A DNA stretch of 64,000 nt from Caecitellus pseudoparvulus (lineage: Eukaryota > Protista > Bigyra: Bicosoecida), in contig CBFFRQ010000044.1 in assembly GCA_965644315.1 (NCBI GenBank), forward strand, positions 62,001 to 126,000, given 5' to 3'. Below the pieces are notes generated by a model. It was not told the origin of the DNA. It did not search any database and saw nothing but the letters and a program-made list of their open reading frames with translations. This document shows, one piece after another, positions 57,901 through 64,000 of the stretch. A program made the translations under genes and the position numbers. How positions within the stretch are numbered: the first letter of the stretch is position 1; each line of letters opens with the position of its first letter.

Positions 57901-60626
57901 CTCTGTTTTGGCGCCGGCAGTCTCCAAGTACAGTCCTTCCCCCTTGCTTGCTTTCTGCAGGATATCCCAGTGACCTCGCAGGTTGGTCCCGTCCACAACG
58001 CGGATGCCCAGCTGCCCTTCCACATGCTCTCGCATCCTGTCTGAGACTGTGTGTGTCAAGGCAATCATGGCGCCGCCATCCTCAATGCGGAGGCTGCCTT
58101 GCTGCCGGTACCCTTCAAAGCCTTCCGCTCACTCGGACATTTCCACAGGTTTTGACATTTTATCCTTGTGCAACATTAGAGCGGCAGCAATCAAGTCACC
58201 CACAGCACGCACAGAGGGCTTGTGCTTCCGCCTGATGTCCTCCCGCTTCGCTTCGCCATACGGCTTCACACCCATCAAGCCTTCCACTGCCTTCTGCACT
58301 GCGGCAGCCCCTGCATTGTTGACATCTCCGTTCTTTAGCGTCTTCTGGTTGGCTCGCTTCACCTGCACACGCATGATCCACACAGTCGTCACGCCGTCCT
58401 TCACTTCAAAGGACACCCGAATCACGCCGCCACCGTAGACATCTGGGAGCTCCTTCATCCAGAATGCACATCTACGGAGAGCCAAGTACTCCCACAGACT
58501 CTCATGAACCTGCTCAAGCGCCTCGTACGAAGCCCGTGCACGTGCACGCCAATCTGCCTCAGCCCCGACTGCCTGGCCCCCACCACCTGCTCCACCAGCT
58601 CCCGCTGGGGCGTGTGGTGGTCCAGCACTCTCCGCTGGTGCAGCCGCTTGTGCAGGCGGGTCTGCTGTGCGGCCTGTCACGACTGTCATGCGCACTCCCG
58701 CTAGCTTCCCGCCTTCGGTGTCGCTGTTGCTGGCCTTCACTTCACGGCTTGCTTTTTTCCCTTCACCGCTTGCATCTTTGCCTTCGTGGCTTCCACTTGG
58801 GCCATCCCCATGACATTGTCGACTGTCATGAGAATTTCCCCGTCTTGGCCTGGCATCCTCGCCAGAGCGCGGGCAATGGGCAGCGCGGCCTCCTGTCCGT
58901 ACCCGTTGTACCGTATCCACGTCATGGCTTGGAAGTGCACCTTTCCACGCGCATAACTGCGGTACACTCCCAGACTGCCCAAGTCCAAGTTTTTCCCGTA
59001 CTCCACAAGCCAACCCTTGTCGATAGCGCTGTCAATGTGATGTGTGGCCGCTGGAGTGGTTGCAGCTGCCCCCTGCGCCGCGCTGTCGCCTGCTGCTGCC
59101 GCGGGCGGCTGCTCAGGAGACTCTTTTTTCTCTCTTGCGCGTCTGTCTCTTGATACAACGTAGCGTGTGGGGCGAAATCAAAGTATGGTAGCGTTTGGCA
59201 GCTCTGCTCTTACTTCATCCGCAACGAGAGCAAGGAATGAGTGCATTACCTACTTGAGGTCTTCACTTGACTTGTCCAGGCCCTCTGTGACCTCGGAGGC
59301 TTGGCGTTCTGGCCATGGAGATGATAGCTCCCATTCTTGGAAAAGTGTGGATGCAGCATGTGCCAGCTCCCGGGGTGTGTGCCCGTACAGCTCCAGAGCA
59401 CGTTTCAGCGAAGATGCAAGCCTTTCCTCGTCGCTCATCTCATCCTCCCCCTCCAAGCGCTGCAGGAACATTTCGTCAAGCTTCCTCGCCATTTCCAGCG
59501 CTGCTTCTGAGGGCTGCTTCTCCTCCTTCGCCGCCGGTGCACCTGGTGCCTTCTGTGCTGCGTCCACAGCTGCGCCGGGCTGCTGCTTCTTTGTTTTCCC
59601 TCTGTATAGTGTGAATGAAGGGTCGACCGCTTTGCACGCGTGCGAAAGCAGGAAGGACTTGAGGGAGTCCTGCGTCCACATGGCACCCTCCAGGCGTCTA
59701 CCTTTAAGCTTGGTCTCATTCCAGTTTCCTCGCAATGACCAGTACGTAAACTCAGGTGGGAAGTCATGGGGCTTTCCGTCAGATAGGAACAGCTGTCGGG
59801 CGTGTTGAGAACTGGAGCAGACCACCATGCCAATGGCGGGCTCAAACAAACAAAGAACACCCTCCATTTGACTTTGCCATCGACAAGTGGTTGGGAAGTC
59901 AAACTTCTGTTCCTGAAAGAGGTTCTCTGCCTCATCCACGACCGCAATCACCGCGATGTTGGCCTTCTTTAGCAAAGCGCTTGCGATGCCCAGCCGGCCA
60001 AGAGTACTGGCGCCCAGCATCTCTTCATCCAACTCGGATGACTGAGCCTTGGTGCTTTCATGCAAGGTGAAGATGTCAGATAATTGCTCATCTTTTACTT
60101 CGTCGTCTAACGAAACTGTAGCATGTGCGGCGAGGTTGCGGAGCACCTCTGCTGCTTCTGGGTGACGATCCAGATCTTCGAGCTTTTCAGCAATCGACTT
60201 AAAGAGCCATTCATGGAAGTTTCCAGTGTCTGAGGAACTGCGGTCTTGAAGATCAGTGATACAGCAAATGGTGAGCCTTCCGTCCGCTGCGCTCATGTTC
60301 ACCTTGTCCAAGACATCAGCAAACGTGTTGAAAAGGTGGGACTTCCCGGTGCCCTTTGAGCCGGTGAACAAGAATGCCTTCGGTGTTGGCGGTGATGAAT
60401 GCAAAGTTCTCGTCATTGATGCCATGGGTTTGAAGGCTCGTGCCAGGTGCCCCATGGGCAGAAAACCGCTCTTCTGGTGCAGCACCATCTTCTTCCACAA
60501 GCCTCCATAAACCCTGGGCACCCCGGCTGGGCGGCTCACGCGCAACCCAGACCTGCACAGCTTCTCAAACGGCCCTATCTTGTGCCCACTGGCTTCAGCC
60601 TCCGTGGGTAATTCCGCTGCTGCCAT
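57586..60626 (-). pseudogene. Disrupted P-loop NTPase + restriction-endonuclease-fold (Mrr-like) gene, Crinkler/RHS-effector-like architecture
   Basis: Walker A FLFTGSKGTGKS, Walker B VIAVVDEAE; frame continues past TAG 59250-59252 and TGA 59178-59180; one frameshift near 58.8 kb; PDVY...RVQVK; TGA 58129-58131 then ALTHT..GIRVVDGTNL..HW. Confidence 0.7.
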
Positions 60627-61778
60627 GCCTGCGAGTCACAGCCCGGAACGTGGCCGCTCAGCCACGTGCATCCAAGTACGGCGGTGTTGCAAGTCGCAAA
60701 CCTGCACTCACTTCTTGTTCTTTGTAATGTTCAGTCACCTCTACTGTACAACGGGGACGTTCCGCTTCGAGCTCGACTCCAACGCTGCTTGCAAATGGTG
60801 CAATGCGGAAATCGAGCCGCCACACACCACGCAACGCCAGCGCCGGCCGCGCCCAGTCAGGCGCAAGCAAGTGCAAGCAACCTCGGAAAACCACGATGTG
60901 CTGTGCAAGAAGTGTGACGGGTCGAGTTGGAGGCGGGGGATGGGCGTGCTGCGGGGAGTTTGGCGTTGTACAGTGAATGGCGTTTCCAGGGAGAGTGCTG
61001 CTGCGCTGAGGGAGGGGGTGTCAAGCCCCCTCAGACGTGTGCACAACGACACAGGGTGAGCGTCCAAGCTCCCCGTACTCCCTCATATCCCAGACTCGCG
61101 TGATATCGACAGTTCATGGTCTCAAGCTCCAACAGTGCCCTCCCGCGCAGCTCTACTGCCAGGTCAAGACTCAATGGCAGCTCTCACATGCTGCTTCTCA
61201 AGCTCATGGCGAGGTGCCCGAGCAAGAGGAGCCCATGATTGACCTTTATCACCTTCTGCCGGTGGTTGCAGCCTAGGGGCTCGGTGCTAGCACACTCCTA
61301 TCCGCCCCGTGCGACTCTGTGACTCTCAGTCGTAGACTGAAGTAATGTCATCGTCTCAGGCAGATTGGATATCTCAGCAGCTATGCGGTCGGCAGGACTC
61401 GCCTCCAACGCGAGGCAGTGTCCTCACATGCTTTTGGAGGTATGTGCTCAAGTCCGTCACGCAGCCACACGGCGCCACGGGCCCCTGAGGACTTGCGATC
61501 AGCGACAAGCGCTGCTCTCGTGCCGGCATGCACGGCGATGTCACGGCTACCCCCTATGCGCCCTCAACCCGATCCAAGTGCATGACGATCCTGAGAAGGA
61601 GCTCGGGCATATCTCTGCAGCACAGGCAACCCACCTGTGAGGGGGAGTTCCCCAGAGCTCCGCGCGCCCGATCAAGTCAGCGATCTGCTGCAAAGGAGTC
61701 AGAGTGATGCAGCAAATGTGCGGCGCGGTCGCAGCAAATGATGACAGAGCGATCAATGCATTTCAGTCGCATCTCAAT

Positions 61779-64000
61779 TTACAATGCTACACACAGCACC
61801 CCGCGGACATCCTCCACGACACAGGAGGCGTCCTGTGCTGCATCACACAGGGCTCGGGCGCCATCCGACGTGATCCAGGCGCCCCACGTCCCAGCTCCAT
61901 TTTGGGCCCGCACACTCACGAAGAGCGTGCCACCAGACGGCCACGTGAAGCCATCTTCATCTTGGTCTGGCCCAGCCAGCAGCGCACTGGCCTCGAGGGA
62001 GTCGCCCACGAGCCTGCAAGGCATGATGTCATCCCGCCCGGCGTCAGAGCCAGTGCTGCCAATGCACCACTCGTACTGCAGGATGCCCGACTCTTCATCA
62101 GCTGCTGGTGTCCATGAGGCTTGGAACACTGCACCAGGACTGCCCAAGATGCAGTCCGCGTCAACGTTGCCGCCGTCACGCACTTCCACTTCGTCGCTCC
62201 AGGTGGGCACCGTGCCGTCCAGCAACACAGGCTGCCCCAGCACGAGCTGCTGCGAGCCCGCACCGTTGGCCACCTGGGCAACAGGGAAGAGGCGGTCGGC
62301 ATGTCCCCATGGCATAGGCGGTACGGCGAGTGTGAGCGCGTTGGGGCTGGGGGCCAAGACAAGCGTTGCGGGGGCGCTCAGAGGGTGGGATGTGGCACTG
62401 GGTGTGCAGGAGCACAGGCCACCCTGCAAGGCGAGCACGGCGCCTGAGTCAACTGCTGCGCTTGACACTTGAGATACAGTGGACAGTGCACAGGACTCAT
62501 CCACGGGACCAGCTTCAATGCGCAGCAGGTCGGAGCTCAGCTGTGCTGGACCTGAGCCGTTCCACTGGCCAGGCACAACGAGCACGGACAGGGCGGCGCT
62601 GGCCAGTCCTGATTGGGCATCTCCCAGGCCCTCCATCCTCAGCACCAGCCCGGCCTGCACAGACTCCACAGTCGTGAAGGACGCAGGCTCCAGGCCAGGC
62701 ACGGTCTGCACGGCGCAGGCGGCCGCGGCGGCCTCCGCCTGTGAGGATCCGGGACCTGGCAGCAGTGCGTGGCCGCCTCGTGGCGTGAAGATGCGTGGCG
62801 TCAAGGCAGGCGGTGTCACATCCAACACACCCAGAGGGGCGATGACTGCTGTGGACAGGCCTGCGAAATTCGTGGCGACAGCTGTGAGCCACAGCGTGTC
62901 GCCGCCCTCCAGTGCGCTGGAGTTCAGGGTCACTTGGGCCAGGCGGCCGCTCTCCACCTGGTCAAGGTCGGTCCACGAGGCGCTGGATCGCACGGCGTCC
63001 CAGCTGCCCACTTTCCGCATGTGCGGCATGGCTTGAGACCCCAGAGCCGTGGCACCCACTGTGAGGGTGAGGGAGCTGAGGCCGGCACCAGAATCGGCCC
63101 AGTCGTCCAGGGACAGCTCCACGTGGCTCATGGGCACGATGAATGGCAGGTCGCTGCCAGCCTGCGCCACCGCCTCTGCAAGCTGGCCAGCTGTGATATG
63201 GGCTGCACTTCCAGCAGGCAGAGCCGAGACCTGCAGCGTTCGGGGTGCACAGGCGCTGGCGGTGAGCGCAGGCATGCGGAAGGTGCGGGTCCACGGCAGA
63301 GCTTGCTGCAGCGCGGCAGCTGGCACGGAGGCGGCGGTGGTGGTGCCACATGCTTGCACATCTGGGAGCAAGGTCAGTGTGCCAGACAGTGGGTTTGAGC
63401 GCACGAGGCGGACAGTGGGGGAGGACAGCTGCAGGAGCCCGCCACCCGCCTTGCTCACCACGACTTGCACCCGGAAGCCTTGTGCAGTTGCCAAGGTGGC
63501 ATCCAATGGCACACTCTGCAGCAGTCCTTCCGAGGCGGAAGCCACCTGTAGCAGTTCATGCGATGCCACGGACCCTTGAGCCACCACTTCTTCTCCCGCA
63601 GGTGACACAGCGAGCAGCGTCCACGCCATGCCTTGCAGCGGCACAGACACAGCCGAAACAAGTGGCAGGCGGAAGGCAATATCCCGTGAGCCACACTGCA
63701 CCCAGCGCTGCACTGGAGGCGCCCAGGTAGCACTGACAACCGGCACTGGGACGGACGGCACGCCAGGCTGTGGGGATTGGTCACGTACACGTGCATCATT
63801 GCCGTCCACGACGAGCAGGGGCGACGGGTACACTGACTGCTGCCCGGCGCCGTTCGCTGCTCGCATGAGCAACACAGTCACACGTCCGGCCAAGGCTGAG
63901 GCAGGCAGCGTCAAGAAGGTGGCATCCGCGCTGAGCTGCACAAAGTCGGCCTCGCCAGCAGCGTGCCACTGCGGGGAGGAGAAGCTTCCACCGGTGCACG
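61779..64000 (-). CDS. Large beta-sandwich (FN3/Ig-like) repeat protein, probably extracellular; 5'-truncated by the window
   Basis: Recurrent W..D..SG(L/I) ... V.A.N.AG ... D.T.P units (WADSGAGL..VATNFAGLS..DVTPP; WTPAADEESGILQYEWCIGS..VRAQNGAG). Confidence 0.65.
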   Translation of the reverse strand, partial: CTGGSFSSPQWHAAGEADFVQLSADATFLTLPASALAGRVTVLLMRAANGAGQQSVYPSPLLVVDGNDARVRDQSPQPGVPSVPVPVVSATWAPPVQRWVQCGSRDIAFRLPLVSAVSVPLQGMAWTLLAVSPAGEEVVAQGSVASHELLQVASASEGLLQSVPLDATLATAQGFRVQVVVSKAGGGLLQLSSPTVRLVRSNPLSGTLTLLPDVQACGTTTAASVPAAALQQALPWTRTFRMPALTASACAPRTLQVSALPAGSAAHITAGQLAEAVAQAGSDLPFIVPMSHVELSLDDWADSGAGLSSLTLTVGATALGSQAMPHMRKVGSWDAVRSSASWTDLDQVESGRLAQVTLNSSALEGGDTLWLTAVATNFAGLSTAVIAPLGVLDVTPPALTPRIFTPRGGHALLPGPGSSQAEAAAAACAVQTVPGLEPASFTTVESVQAGLVLRMEGLGDAQSGLASAALSVLVVPGQWNGSGPAQLSSDLLRIEAGPVDESCALSTVSQVSSAAVDSGAVLALQGGLCSCTPSATSHPLSAPATLVLAPSPNALTLAVPPMPWGHADRLFPVAQVANGAGSQQLVLGQPVLLDGTVPTWSDEVEVRDGGNVDADCILGSPGAVFQASWTPAADEESGILQYEWCIGSTGSDAGRDDIMPCRLVGDSLEASALLAGPDQDEDGFTWPSGGTLFVSVRAQNGAGTWGAWITSDGARALCDAAQDASCVVEDVRGVLCVAL

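Noticed and set aside
58129-59252. In-frame TGA/TAG as selenocysteine, readthrough or an alternative genetic code
   Set aside because: Mixed stop types plus a frameshift in one gene, while neighbouring genes use TAA/TAG/TGA as normal stops; decay is simpler
60580-61059. ORF with CKWC...CKKC resembling a zinc ribbon
   Set aside because: No other support; overlaps the 5' end of the NTPase gene on the opposite strand; likely chance

Overview
GC-rich, gene-dense eukaryotic (protist-like) genomic DNA. It carries about 27 protein-coding loci with short GT-AG introns (mostly 60-110 nt; donors GTGCG/GTGAG/GTGGG, C-rich tract then CAG). Several genes are split by introns and are not visible in the ORF track. 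Most loci are housekeeping: 5-oxoprolinase, GT61 glycosyltransferase, dynein roadblock, mitochondrial carrier, NAPRT, Mrc1/Claspin-like, cysteine dioxygenase, endonuclease V, aminotransferase, TAF12-like, glycine decarboxylase P, MetRS, syntaxin-5, TRM1, Yos1, Nopp140/SRP40, SPIRAL1-like, cis-prenyltransferase, PX-AGC kinase, lipase, DBP7-like helicase and an FHA-RING E3. Four things stand out. (1) A class-I-type PI3-kinase fused to a cNMP-binding domain and a PDE-type GAF domain. (2) A tandem pair of intronless ankyrin-repeat genes whose variation sits at ligand-contact positions. (3) A low-GC island (~55.3-61.8 kb) containing a disrupted P-loop NTPase + Mrr-like restriction-endonuclease-fold gene, an architecture resembling Crinkler/RHS effectors. 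(4) A run of 12 consecutive minus-strand genes with very short spacers. No rRNA, tRNA or CRISPR was recognised. Exon boundaries were read by eye and all family calls come from motif recognition, not database searches.
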